DNA of 64,000 bases from Thermoanaerobaculia bacterium (lineage in GTDB: Bacteria; Acidobacteriota; Thermoanaerobaculia; UBA5066), in contig CAVRAY010000002.1 in NCBI GenBank assembly GCA_963719225.1, forward strand, positions 224,001 through 288,000, written 5' to 3'. The number at the start of each line of letters is the position of its first letter. Position 1 is the stretch's first letter. Of the stretch, positions 27,807 to 37,717 are shown piece after piece. The notes under the pieces were generated by a model. It was not told the origin of the DNA, did no database searches, and worked only from the letters and a program-made list of their open reading frames with translations. The translations under genes were made by a program, and so were the position numbers.

Positions 27807-29670
27807 TCAAATCCGACTCGCGGTTTCCGCCTTAAGTTCCGCCTTCAGGCGCCGGATCTCCTCGACGAGGGCCTGTTTTCGGCGGTAAGCCGCTTCGCGC
27901 CCTTCCACGTTTCCTGCCGCCGCGGCGGTCTGGATCTCCGGCTGGAGGTTTTTTGCCGAGTCCTCCAGAAACCGTATCTTCAATTGCAGCAATGGGATAT
28001 GAATACGACTGAGCCCGCTGTTCTGTTCGCTTTTGTCCCCGTTCGTGTCCCGGCTTTTTTCTCCGCTCTCGCCCGGGGTTTCCGCCCTCGAATTGCCTGA
28101 CTGGAGCAGCAACTCTGCGGCGAGGGGACCCGCATCTGCTCCAAGATGTGACGTAAACTCGGAAAAATCAAGGGTTGCGGGTTCCTCCCCACGAGCCTTG
28201 AGAGCAATAAGTATCTCTTTTGCAATAGGATGCGTGAAAATCTCCGGCGGGAGCCTGACGGCCAGGGCCGCGCTCTCGGGCCAGTCGGTGAGAAGTGCCG
28301 AGAGCACACGTGCCTCCCCCTCCGGCAGGTCCAGGAAAGGGCGGCTTTCCACGGCCCCCGGAGAAGGCTTAACCGGCGCGGGCGCCGTTTTCTTCCCCGA
28401 CGGGACGAGGACGGAAAAGGGGGACGGCGCTGGCCCGGGAGAGCCCGAAAAGGAGTTCGTGGCGAAGGAGAGGATCGGGAGCGGCCGACAGGATATCGGC
28501 GGCTTCCCGCAGTTTCGCGGCGCGCTCCGTCGGGTCCGGCGCGCCCGAGGGAGGAATCCTCTCCAGGAGGGTTTCGAGGAGAGAAGGGCACGCGGCAATG
28601 GCCGCTTTCAACGCCTCCGCGCCGCGCGCGGAAAGGTACGAGTCGGGGTCGTGTCCATCCGGCAGGGCGAGATGCCTCACGTTCACCCCGCGTGCGAGGA
28701 GGAGCGGGAATGCCTTGTAGGCGGCCGCGAGGCCTGGCGCGTCGCCGTCGTACGCGACGATCACCGTCGCCGCCTGTCGCGCGAGGAGGTCGGCCTGAGC
28801 GGGCGTGAGCGCCGTTCCCATCGAGGCGACGGCATTCGGAGCGCCCGCGCGCTCGCACGCGATGCGGTCGAAATACCCCTCGACCAGGAGGACGGTGTCC
28901 TCCTTCCGGATCGCCTCTTTCGCGCGGTCGAGGCCGTAGAGGAGCTTGCCCTTTGAGAACCGCGCCGTCTCCGGCGAATTGAGGTACTTCGGCTGGTCGT
29001 CCCCGAAGGCGCGCGCCCCGAAGCCCAGGAGCTCGCCGCGCGCGTCGCGGATCTCGATCGTGAGGCGGTTCCGGAAGCGGTCGTACACGCGGCCCGTCTC
29101 CGGGTTCTTCTGGAGAAGGCCCGCCTCGAGGGCCGTGTCTTCCTGGACGCGCGGAGCGAGCGAGATTTTCAGCGCGTCCCACGCGTCGAGGGCCGCACCG
29201 AGACCATACGCGCGCGCATCGTCCAGCGAGAGGCCGCGTCTTTCGAGGAGCGCCCGGGCGGCCTCGTGCCGCTCCAGGTTCGCGCGGAAGAAAGCGGCCG
29301 AGAGCGAAAGCGCTTCCGCGACGCGCGTTTCCTTCCCGCGGTCCGCGCGCGTGCCGCCGCGGCGCATCGGGAGCGTGATGCCGGCGAGGCGCGCGAGGTA
29401 GGCGACGGCCTCCGGGAACTCGAGGCGCTCGGTCTCCCTCACGAACGTGATCGCGTCGCCCTTGGCGCCGCATCCGAAGCAGTAATAGAAGCCCTTGTCG
29501 GGATGTACGTGAAAGGAAGGCGTCTTCTCGCCGTGGAACGGGCACAGGCCTTTCCACGAGCGGCCGGCCTTCTTCAGCGACGTCGTGGCGCCGACGAGCT
29601 GGACGAGGTCCGTCGCCGCGAGGACGTCGCGCTTCACGTCGTCCGTGATGTCGTAGACGGGCTCAGACAT
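27807..29670 (-). CDS. dnaG: DNA primase, split by a +1 frameshift near 28415-28423
   Basis: CPFH.EKTPSF zinc-binding domain, [14 protein letters not shown] and YDGD TOPRIM motifs lie in the ORF stopping at 28369. The helical C-terminal part continues in another frame to 27807; joined length about 620 aa. Confidence 0.9.
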
Positions 29671-32065
29671 CCAGCCTCGCGATCGTGACGGCCCGCCCGC
29701 CTTCCTGCGCGTCGCCCCAGCGATACGACGCGACCCCGGGATGGGTTTGGAGAAACTCGCGAACGGCCGCGGCGAGGCGCCCGGTGCCGTGTCCGTGAAC
29801 GAGGCGGAGCGCGCCTTTGCCGGAAAGGAGAGCGTCGTTGATCGCCTTCTCGACGACTGGCAGGGCTTCGTCGACGCGCTGACCGACGAGGACGACTTCC
29901 TGGGTCGCGACGGCGCCTGAAGATTGTGGCGGGGGAGTCGCCGCCCCTCTCGCGGCGAGGACGGGAGCGCGGACCGATACCGCCCGGCCCGATGGAGCCG
30001 GAGACAGGGAAGCCGCCGCCACCCTCAGGCGCTTGCCCTTGACCTCGACCTCAGCCTCGCCCCGGCCCGCGTCCAGCGCGAGGAGCCGGCCGGTGGTCCC
30101 GAGACTCGCGACGCGGACCTCCATGCCGACGGACACGGGCCCGGATTCGCGAGGAGGCTCATCCCCTCCGAAGAGCGCGAGAGCGGCTTCGCGCGCCGAC
30201 TGCGTGACCGTCATGAGCGCGCCCCTCGAGATCGACCGGCCCGCCTTGAGGTCCTCGCGCATGCGTTCGAGCTCCTGGCGCGTCTTCTCGCGCAGCATCG
30301 CGAGCGCCCGGTCGATCTGCTCTCTCGCCTTCTCCTTCACGCGCGCGCGTTCCGCGGCGAGCCGGGCGCGTTCTTTCTCGAGCTCCAGGAGGCGCGCCCC
30401 GGCCTCCTGGGCGGCCCGCTTCGCGCGGTCCGCCTCTTCGCGGGCGCGGCGCGTCTCGGCCTCGAGCCGCGTGAGGGCCGTGTCGGCGGCCTCCCATTTC
30501 GCGCCGAGGCGCTTTTTCGCGGCGGAAAGGACGCGCGCCGGAAGGCCCGCCTTCTCGGCGACGGCGAGAGCGCGCGACCGCCCGCTCGCCCCGGGACGCA
30601 CGCGGAACGTGGGCCGTCCAGCCTTCTCGTCGAACTCCATCGCCGCCGAGAGGACAAAGGGGCGATCCTGCGCCCACTCCTTCACGAGGGAAAGGTGCGT
30701 CGTCGCCACGCCGACGCCTCCGCGCGCGAGGTCCTCCTCGAGAACCGCGATCGCGAGCGCCGCGCCCTCGTCGGGATCGGTGCCGCTGCCGAGCTCGTCG
30801 ATGAGGACGAGGCTCCTCGGGGTCGCCTCGGAAAGGACGCGCGCAGTGCGCGTCATCGCCGCCGCGAACGACGAGAGATCGCCGAGGAGATCCTGCGCGT
30901 CTCCCGCGACGACGAGCACCTTGTCGAAGACGGGAAGCGTCGAGCCGGCCGCGGCCGGAATCGCGAAGCCCGACTGCGCGAGGAGCGCGAAGAGGCCGAC
31001 CGTCTTCATCGCGACGCTCTTGCCGCCCGCGTTCGGTCCGGAGAGGAGGAGAAGGCGCGATCCCTCGGGCAGCTCCAGGTCCAGAGGCACCGCGTCGGCG
31101 TGGCGTTCCTCGAGCTCGCCGAAGACGTCCGCACGGAGGTCCGCGAGGCGCCGGTCGAGAAGGGGATGGCGCGCCGCCCGAAGGACGAGGCGGTCCGAGA
31201 AGTCGGGGAAGACGCCCGCGACGCGGGACGAGAATTCCGCGCGCGCCTGATACGCGTCCAGCTCGGTGAGGACGTCGACGGCAGCCAGGAGCTCCTCGCG
31301 CCGCGACGAGAACCGCGCCGTGAGCGCGACGAGGATGCGGTGCACTTCCTCGCGCTCCTCTTCGACGGCCTCCGCGAGAGCGTTGTTGTCGTCGACGACG
31401 TCGAGGGGCTCGACGAAGATCGTCTGCCCCGAGCCCGACCGCTCGTGAAGGAGTCCTCCGACGAGCTCGCGGCGATCCGTGCGGACGGGCAGGCAATAGC
31501 GCCCGCCCTTCTCGGTGACATAGCCGCCGGAGAGCGCGTCCGGATGCGCCCGCGCAACCTCCTCGAGCTTCCGGACAACCTCCTTGCGGAGGCGCTGGAT
31601 CGACGAGCGGATCGCGTAGAGCCGCGCCGACGCCGTGTCCTTGACGCGCCCGTCGGGCTCGAACGTGGGCTCGCGCTCCGAGAGGAGGTCCTCGAAGGAT
31701 GCGAGGGGAAAAAGGAGATCGCCGAGGTGGGGGAGCTCGAGGTCGGGTACGGGAACGGCGGCGCGCGCACCTTCCGCCCGCTCGACGAGAAGGAAGAGGT
31801 CGAGGAGGTCTTCAGGCGCGAGCGCGCGGCCTTGGGGACCGAGCCGCGAGACGAGCGGCGCTCCCTCGTCGAGCCCGCCGAGCGGCACCGGCGGCCGGAG
31901 CGCGCGCCGGCTCACGAGATCCCGCGTGACCCCGAGCCGCCGCACGACCTCGAACGCGTTCGGCGACGGCGCGGCGCCCAGGAGCCGGTCGCGGCCGCGC
32001 TCCGTGGCACAAAAACGCCCGGCGAGCCTAAGCGCGCCGGGCCAGTCGAGCTCGGAATGACTCAC
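29663..32065 (-). CDS. mutS2: MutS2 with Smr domain
   Basis: D.AS..L..IR, S.SGQT.FVEP, ARHPLL, SGPNAGGKS, LIDELGSGTDP.EG, TTH, HGHGTG; likely GTG start at 32065. Confidence 0.93.
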   Translation of the reverse strand: MSHSELDWPGALRLAGRFCATERGRDRLLGAAPSPNAFEVVRRLGVTRDLVSRRALRPPVPLGGLDEGAPLVSRLGPQGRALAPEDLLDLFLLVERAEGARAAVPVPDLELPHLGDLLFPLASFEDLLSEREPTFEPDGRVKDTASARLYAIRSSIQRLRKEVVRKLEEVARAHPDALSGGYVTEKGGRYCLPVRTDRRELVGGLLHERSGSGQTIFVEPLDVVDDNNALAEAVEEEREEVHRILVALTARFSSRREELLAAVDVLTELDAYQARAEFSSRVAGVFPDFSDRLVLRAARHPLLDRRLADLRADVFGELEERHADAVPLDLELPEGSRLLLLSGPNAGGKSVAMKTVGLFALLAQSGFAIPAAAGSTLPVFDKVLVVAGDAQDLLGDLSSFAAAMTRTARVLSEATPRSLVLIDELGSGTDPDEGAALAIAVLEEDLARGGVGVATTHLSLVKEWAQDRPFVLSAAMEFDEKAGRPTFRVRPGASGRSRALAVAEKAGLPARVLSAAKKRLGAKWEAADTALTRLEAETRRAREEADRAKRAAQEAGARLLELEKERARLAAERARVKEKAREQIDRALAMLREKTRQELERMREDLKAGRSISRGALMTVTQSAREAALALFGGDEPPRESGPVSVGMEVRVASLGTTGRLLALDAGRGEAEVEVKGKRLRVAAASLSPAPSGRAVSVRAPVLAARGAATPPPQSSGAVATQEVVLVGQRVDEALPVVEKAINDALLSGKGALRLVHGHGTGRLAAAVREFLQTHPGVASYRWGDAQEGGRAVTIARLDV

Positions 32066-32076
32066 GGAACGGGAAT

Positions 32077-32283
32077 CTACATCCCCGTGCGTCGCTCTTC
32101 CGCCAGCTTGCGGAGCATCTTCTTGCGGGCGGCGATCGCCTTGCGTTTGCGCTTGGCCGAGGGCTTCTCGTAGTGCTGACGCTTCTTGAGCTCGGAGAGG
32201 ATTCCGGATTTCTCGCACTTGCGCTTGAATCGGCGCAGGGCGTTTTCGAACGATTCGTCTTCCTTGACGTGGATCAGCGGCAC
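32077..32283 (-). CDS. rpsU: 30S ribosomal protein S21
   Basis: [33 protein letters not shown]; GTG start with AGGAGG RBS. Confidence 0.96.
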   Translation of the reverse strand: MPLIHVKEDESFENALRRFKRKCEKSGILSELKKRQHYEKPSAKRKRKAIAARKKMLRKLAEERRTGM

Positions 32284-32479
32284 TTCGGATCTCCCTCCTC
32301 TCCGGCCCCGAATGCCCGTGGAACGGTCGTTCCCGAGGGCGTGGGCGAACTCCACATGCTAAAGGGGGCGGCGCCCGAGGTCAACGTGTCCCTTCCCGGC
32401 CCCGTGCCGCGACGCTGTCCGAATATAATGCCGCGAACACGACGCCGAAGGCCCCCGCGATGGCGCCGTCAGGAGACGT

Positions 32480-34105
32480 ATGCCGGTCGACCCAGCCGCG
32501 ACACGCCGCTTGATCGAATCGCTGTCGACGCATCTCGAGGACCACCTCGCGACGTGGAAGTCGTCGCTCGTGGACGCGCGGCGGGACATCGAGGCGCTTC
32601 TCTCGACCCTCTCCGACAAGATCCCCGCGCACGCCAAGCCCCTCCTCCCCGAGAACCTCGTGTCGCTCATGCTCGAGGACGTCATCCCCGCGCCGCCTCC
32701 GCCCGTGCCCGCGGCGGCACCGGGGGCGCCGCAGGCCGACTGGACCGTCGTGCGCGGTTCGCTCGCGGCGATCGAATCGGCCCGCTCGCAGGTCGACGTT
32801 CTCTCGCGTTTTCTCACGCGCGTGAACGCGCACGCCTCGCGCGTGGCCCTTCTCGTGTTGCGCAACGACCGGCTCACCGGGTGGAAGTCCGTCGGCTTCG
32901 ACGCGTCCGGCGGACGCGACGAGGCCGTCCGCGCTCTCGATCTCGGCGGCGAGGACGATCCCTTCGTCGCGGCTCTGCTCAAGTCACAGCGCTCGATGCT
33001 CGCCGAGCCGCCCGACGAGTCCGGGCCGCTTCGCCGCGCCCTTTCGGGTCAGGCGCCTGCGCGCACGCTCCTCGTCCCCATGGTGATCCGCGACCGGCTC
33101 GCCGGCGTCGTCTGCGCGGACGAGCTGCCAGGGGAGGAGGGGCGGTTGAACGAGGCCGCCGTCGAGGTCCTCACGTTCGTGACGGGACTCGCCGTGGATC
33201 TCCTCGCCGCGCGCAAGAAGATCCCGTCTCCCTCTCTCACGCCGACCGGCGAAGCGATCCCGCGCTTCGAGCCGCCGGCCACCACGATGCGAATGGCGGT
33301 TTCCGGCTTCGAGATCGCGACTCCTTTCGCGGCTCCGCCCGCTCCGACCCCCGCCCCCGGGCCGGCGCCCGCGCCGGCTCCGTCGACGATGCGCACGCGC
33401 TCCACAGACGCCGGCGAAGCCCTGCGCGCGATCGAGGAAGCGGCCAAGACGAGGATTCCCCAGGGGATCCGTTCCTTCTCGTCCGACCCCGGGTTGACCA
33501 GCGCGATTCCGACGATCGGCGCGGCGCCTCCCCCTCCGGCGCCCTCGTTCCCGTCGCTCTCCTCCGCGCCCGCCGTCACGCCCGCGCCGCCGCCTCCCGC
33601 GCCGCCCTCCGTCGCGGGGTCGCCGCCGTCGCCGCTCGCGAACGCCTCCACGGGCGACTTCACCGGCGCGTTCGAGGCTCTGCGCGCATCCGGACGGGTC
33701 CCGCCGCCGGGGGAGGGCGAGGTGACGGCGCAGAAGCCCTCCCGCGTCACGTCCGCCGTCATGCCGCCCCGCGACCTGGCGAGTGCTCCCCGGCCGATCT
33801 CGGGCTTCGTCCCGCGCGGCCGCGCCGCGGGGGCCGCCGACAGTCCGCAGCGCGCTCTCGACGACGCGCGCCGCCTCGCACGTCTTCTCATTTCGGAGAT
33901 CAAGCTCTACAACGAGAAGAAAGTCGAGGATGGCCGCGCCGCCGGCGATCTCTACGAGCGCCTGAAGGACGACATCGAAAGAAGCCGGCAGGTTTACGAC
34001 GAGCGCACGCCGGCCAGCATCCGGCAGGACACCAACTTCTTCCACGACGAGCTCGTGCGCATCCTCGCCGACGGGCGGGCCGAAGCGCTCGGCTCGGTGA
34101 GCTGA
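32480..34105 (+). CDS. GAF-domain protein with Pro-rich linker and C-terminal RomX-like helical domain
   Basis: GAF: LVPMVIRDRLAGVVCAD; PAP-rich linker; ARRLARLLISEIKLYNE...NFF. Confidence 0.7.
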   Translation: MPVDPAATRRLIESLSTHLEDHLATWKSSLVDARRDIEALLSTLSDKIPAHAKPLLPENLVSLMLEDVIPAPPPPVPAAAPGAPQADWTVVRGSLAAIESARSQVDVLSRFLTRVNAHASRVALLVLRNDRLTGWKSVGFDASGGRDEAVRALDLGGEDDPFVAALLKSQRSMLAEPPDESGPLRRALSGQAPARTLLVPMVIRDRLAGVVCADELPGEEGRLNEAAVEVLTFVTGLAVDLLAARKKIPSPSLTPTGEAIPRFEPPATTMRMAVSGFEIATPFAAPPAPTPAPGPAPAPAPSTMRTRSTDAGEALRAIEEAAKTRIPQGIRSFSSDPGLTSAIPTIGAAPPPPAPSFPSLSSAPAVTPAPPPPAPPSVAGSPPSPLANASTGDFTGAFEALRASGRVPPPGEGEVTAQKPSRVTSAVMPPRDLASAPRPISGFVPRGRAAGAADSPQRALDDARRLARLLISEIKLYNEKKVEDGRAAGDLYERLKDDIERSRQVYDERTPASIRQDTNFFHDELVRILADGRAEALGSVS

Positions 34106-34106
34106 G

Positions 34107-36251
34107 ACGCCGATTCTCGGGGCTCTCCTCCTCGCGGTCGCGCTCGCCTCCGGGAGCGCTGAGGGGACGGCCTCTTTCGGCGTTTCCCAGGCCGCGCGCG
34201 AGCCGGAAGCCCTGCGCGAAAGGCTGCGTGCCGCGTCCGCCGCTCTCCTCAGGGAGGATGGCTCCGCGGCGCTGCTCGTGGCGGGCCTCGACTCGTCTTC
34301 CCTCGGTCTGTCCGGTCTGCCGGAGTGGATCGCTCTCGCGTCTGGCCTTGCCTCGAGGACGACGAGCGTGAACGCGCTCCTCGCGTTCGAGGCGAAGGAG
34401 CCCGGCGAACCTTTTGCCTACCTCGCGCTCTCTCTGGCCGCCCGTCTCGCGACGACCCCCGAGGAGAGGACGTCCGTGCGTGCCGCCCTCCTCGCGCGAC
34501 CGGGGCCGCCGCCCGCCCGACCGCGAGCCTTCATCGCGCGCGCGCTCGCCGAAGCGCGGATTCTCGGCAGCGACGCCGGCCGCCAGCGCCTCGTCGCGCT
34601 CGCGACGGTTTTTCCCGACGCACCCACCCGCGCCGCCGACCTCTTCGAGGACGCCGACCGCGACGCCTTCGACGCGGCCGTCAACACGGCGAACGCGGAC
34701 GTTCGCGTGAAGAGGGCGCGGGCCCTCGTCGCCCGCGATCCGAAGACCGCGTCCGCGCTTCTGCGCTCTCTCGGTCCCGCTCCGCCCGCCGCTTCGATCC
34801 CATCGGCAGCCGATGCCTGGCTCGCCGCCGGCAGTCCGCGTGACGCCAGGCGCCTTCTCGCCCGCCTGCCGGTTCCCTCCGATGAAGGGGCCGCTCTTCA
34901 TCTTTCCGCGCTGTCGTGGCTCGTCGAGACGAGCCTGCTCGGCACGCCGGACCCCTTGACCACTCGCCGCAGTCGGCGCGCGCGAGCCGTACGCGCCTCG
35001 AAGTCCCCCGCCCCGGTCTCCGAGAAGGCGAAGGCCGCGGCGGCGCGACACCTCGCACGTCTCGACGCGTTGCTCGCGAAGCCGCTGTCCGAAGAGGACC
35101 GTCGGCGGCTCCTGGACAGCGGAGTCCGTCTCGCGTTCAAGACCAACCACGCCGACGGGGCCCGCCTCCTCCTGTCGCCTCTCGTTCGCCTCGATCCCGC
35201 GACCGAGGCGGGTGCGGCGGAGTGGTTTGCCGAGGCCTGGACGCATTACCTGGCCGGTGATTTCGCGGTCGCCGCGCGCCTCCTCGACGAGCAGATCACC
35301 GCGTACCGGCCGGTGTTCCTGAAGCGGCGCGCGACGTACTGGTCCGCCCGCGCCCACGAGCGCGGCGGCGACGCGGCCACCGCGAAGGCTCTCTATGCGG
35401 GACTCCTCTCGGGAACGGTCCCCGACCTCTACGCGCGATGGGCGGCCGCCGCGCTCGGCGTCACGCTGCCCGCCGTGGCGCCCCCCGCCGTCCCCCTGGA
35501 AGTGGCGGAGGTGCCCGGCGTTCCGGGCGCGCCTTCCCGGGAGCTGCTCCGTTGCGGGTTTCCCGGTCTCGCCGAAGACGCAGCCGAAAGCGAAGGCTCT
35601 CTCGACCCCCTGTTCTCGGGCCGAACCGCTTCGGCCCGCGGCGATCACCGGCGCGCGGCCGCCATCCTGAAAAGCCGCTACCCCGAGCTGGGGACCCCGG
35701 AGGAAGGCGCCGTCCCACCGGACGCGCGAAGCGCGTACTACCCGCTCGCGGAAGCCGACCGGATCGCGGAGGCCGCTCGGGCGGCGGGAGTGCCCGCCTC
35801 GCTCCTCTTCGGCCTCATCCGGCAGGAAAGCGTCTTCACCGAGAACGCGAAGTCCCGCTCCGGCGCCCTCGGGCTCATGCAGGTCATGCCCGCGACCGGC
35901 CGGCTGCTTTTCCGGAAGGAGAACGGCAAGGGACGGCCGGACCTCAACGACCCGTCCGCGAACCTGCGCCTCGGCGCGCGTTACCTCAGGCAGCTCCTCG
36001 ACGCGTTCCACGGAGATACCGCCGCGGCGCTCGCGGCGTACAACGCGGGGCCGGGCCGCGTGCGCGCGTGGAAGAAGGCGTCGGGCCTCGTCCCGGAAGA
36101 CGAATTCCTGGAGTCGATCCCGTTCGGAGAGACGCGCCAGTACGTCAAGCGCGTCCTGTTCTACCAGGGCAGCTACGCGTCTCTCTACGGACTTCCTCTC
36201 GACAACGCGCCGCCCGTCGCTACGCTCCCGGTCTCCGAGCCGAGGCCCTGA
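34107..36251 (+). CDS. slt: Soluble lytic murein transglycosylase (Slt-like)
   Basis: IRQESVF, GALGLMQVMP.T, AAYNAGPG, IPFGETRQYVKRV. The signal peptide lies upstream of the first canonical start (34278), so the start is uncertain. Confidence 0.88.
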   Translation, partial: TPILGALLLAVALASGSAEGTASFGVSQAAREPEALRERLRAASAALLREDGSAALLVAGLDSSSLGLSGLPEWIALASGLASRTTSVNALLAFEAKEPGEPFAYLALSLAARLATTPEERTSVRAALLARPGPPPARPRAFIARALAEARILGSDAGRQRLVALATVFPDAPTRAADLFEDADRDAFDAAVNTANADVRVKRARALVARDPKTASALLRSLGPAPPAASIPSAADAWLAAGSPRDARRLLARLPVPSDEGAALHLSALSWLVETSLLGTPDPLTTRRSRRARAVRASKSPAPVSEKAKAAAARHLARLDALLAKPLSEEDRRRLLDSGVRLAFKTNHADGARLLLSPLVRLDPATEAGAAEWFAEAWTHYLAGDFAVAARLLDEQITAYRPVFLKRRATYWSARAHERGGDAATAKALYAGLLSGTVPDLYARWAAAALGVTLPAVAPPAVPLEVAEVPGVPGAPSRELLRCGFPGLAEDAAESEGSLDPLFSGRTASARGDHRRAAAILKSRYPELGTPEEGAVPPDARSAYYPLAEADRIAEAARAAGVPASLLFGLIRQESVFTENAKSRSGALGLMQVMPATGRLLFRKENGKGRPDLNDPSANLRLGARYLRQLLDAFHGDTAAALAAYNAGPGRVRAWKKASGLVPEDEFLESIPFGETRQYVKRVLFYQGSYASLYGLPLDNAPPVATLPVSEPRP

Positions 36252-36725
36252 TCAGGCCACGCCGGGAGCCTTGGCGGGCTTCGCGGCGGCCTTGCGGCAG
36301 GCCGCGCAGAGGCCGCGGATCTGATGGGAGTGCGACGTCGCGACGAAGTCGTGCTCCCGGCAGACCGCCTCCTGGCGCTTCTCGATGGCCGCGTCGATGA
36401 ACTCGATGACCTTGCCGCAGCTCGAGCACACGAGGTGGTCGTGGTGCTCGCCCTTGCGGAGTCTTTCGTAACGGTACTTCTCCTCGTTCAGCCTCACGCG
36501 GCCCACGAGGCCGCAGCCGTGAAGGAGCTCGAGAGTCCGGTAGATCGTCGCGCGGCTGACCTTCGTTCCGCGGTCGCGCATGCGAATGACGAGATCCTCC
36601 GCGTCGAAATGCCGATGGGCGGAGAAGATCTCGTCGAAGAGGGCGGTCCTCTCTCGCGTGACTTTCAGGCCCTTCTTGCGCAGGAAATCATCGAAAACCC
36701 GGCGTTCGTCGGCGTATTGATTCAC
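36252..36725 (-). CDS. fur: Fur-family transcriptional regulator
   Basis: GLKVTRER, HFDAE, SRATIYRTL, HHDHLVCSSCG, GLCAAC. Confidence 0.9.
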   Translation of the reverse strand: MNQYADERRVFDDFLRKKGLKVTRERTALFDEIFSAHRHFDAEDLVIRMRDRGTKVSRATIYRTLELLHGCGLVGRVRLNEEKYRYERLRKGEHHDHLVCSSCGKVIEFIDAAIEKRQEAVCREHDFVATSHSHQIRGLCAACRKAAAKPAKAPGVA

Positions 36726-36784
36726 TTGCTAAAGATACCAGCCCTGCGACCAAGGGGGAATCCCTATTCGCGAATGCGTCTTGA

Positions 36785-36817
36785 TGCGGGGGAAACTGCC
36801 CCGCAGTTTCCCCCGCA
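36785..36817. repeat. Perfect 15-bp inverted repeat (hairpin)
   Basis: TGCGGGGGAAACTGC-CCC-GCAGTTTCCCCCGCA between the DUF547 gene and fur. Confidence 0.75.
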
Positions 36818-36823
36818 CCCCCT

Positions 36824-37612
36824 TCATTGCCGATTGACCCCCTTGTCGTACTCGAAGAACTTGATCGCATAGCCCTTCGGCACCTTCGGAAGGTTCCCGC
36901 GATACCGGTTCACGTAGTCGATCTGGTTCCCGTCGGGATTCCCGTGGGCTTTCTCGTACGCCACGAAATCCCCCGAGAACCAGTCGAAGATCTTGGAGAG
37001 CGTGACCGTTTTCGCCGCGTCGTCGATCGACACGTTGCGCTTCTCGGCGACGAAGCCTTTCATCCCATCGTCGAGCTGCTCGTCGAGCTTCCCGGGGTCG
37101 AAGGCGACCGGGGGCAGGCGCGGACAGCCCTTCGACGCGCAGTTCAGAGCGGCGTGGACGCGGGGGTCCTTGAAGCCTTCACGGATGGTCTTGTCCTCGA
37201 GCTTCTTGAGGTTCAGCTTCTCGCCGCCGAGGACGATGTCCATGCCCACGAAAAAGGAGTACCCGGAAAAGAGGCCACCCTTCCAGACGCTCTCTTTCTC
37301 GGGCCCGCGCCCGAGGACGCCCTTGAAGACCTGGGCGTTGTAGGCGTTCAGCCAGTAGGCAAGCTGGTCGCTCTTCGATGGAAACAGCTCCGGATTCGAC
37401 CGCGGGCTGATCTTCTCGATGGACGCGAGAAAACGGTCGAGGTCCGGGCGGTCTGCCGCGAGCGCGTCGTAATTGACGTAGCCGCGCCCATCGACGTACT
37501 TCCCGAGGACCTTGTTCCAGTCCTCGTAGGAGAATCTCGGGGCGGCCTGGAGCGCGAGGGGAAACAGCGCGCAGAGAAGGAGCGCGGCAGAGGCGGACGT
37601 GCGGCGGGTCAC
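36824..37612 (-). CDS. DUF547 domain secreted protein
   Basis: LAYWLNAYNA, DPRVHAALNCASKGCP, LSKIFDWF..DF; signal peptide; AGGAGG RBS before GTG. Confidence 0.88.
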   Translation of the reverse strand: MTRRTSASAALLLCALFPLALQAAPRFSYEDWNKVLGKYVDGRGYVNYDALAADRPDLDRFLASIEKISPRSNPELFPSKSDQLAYWLNAYNAQVFKGVLGRGPEKESVWKGGLFSGYSFFVGMDIVLGGEKLNLKKLEDKTIREGFKDPRVHAALNCASKGCPRLPPVAFDPGKLDEQLDDGMKGFVAEKRNVSIDDAAKTVTLSKIFDWFSGDFVAYEKAHGNPDGNQIDYVNRYRGNLPKVPKGYAIKFFEYDKGVNRQ

Positions 37613-37717
37613 GGGAACCTCCTTTCGGGAACTCGGGATGAGGCGAACCGCCTCGCAGCTATTCCGGATCGCACCGCCTCCCCGGATCATTCCGGCCGGC
37701 GCGTAAGATTCGCAAAC

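Noticed and set aside
27807-28330. Lower-GC stretch suggesting foreign DNA
   Set aside because: It is the 3' part of dnaG, which commonly carries internal promoters for rpoD.
33320-33640. Short C/G-rich tandem-like repeats
   Set aside because: They encode a Pro/Ala linker inside a protein; no repeat-spacer periodicity, so not CRISPR.
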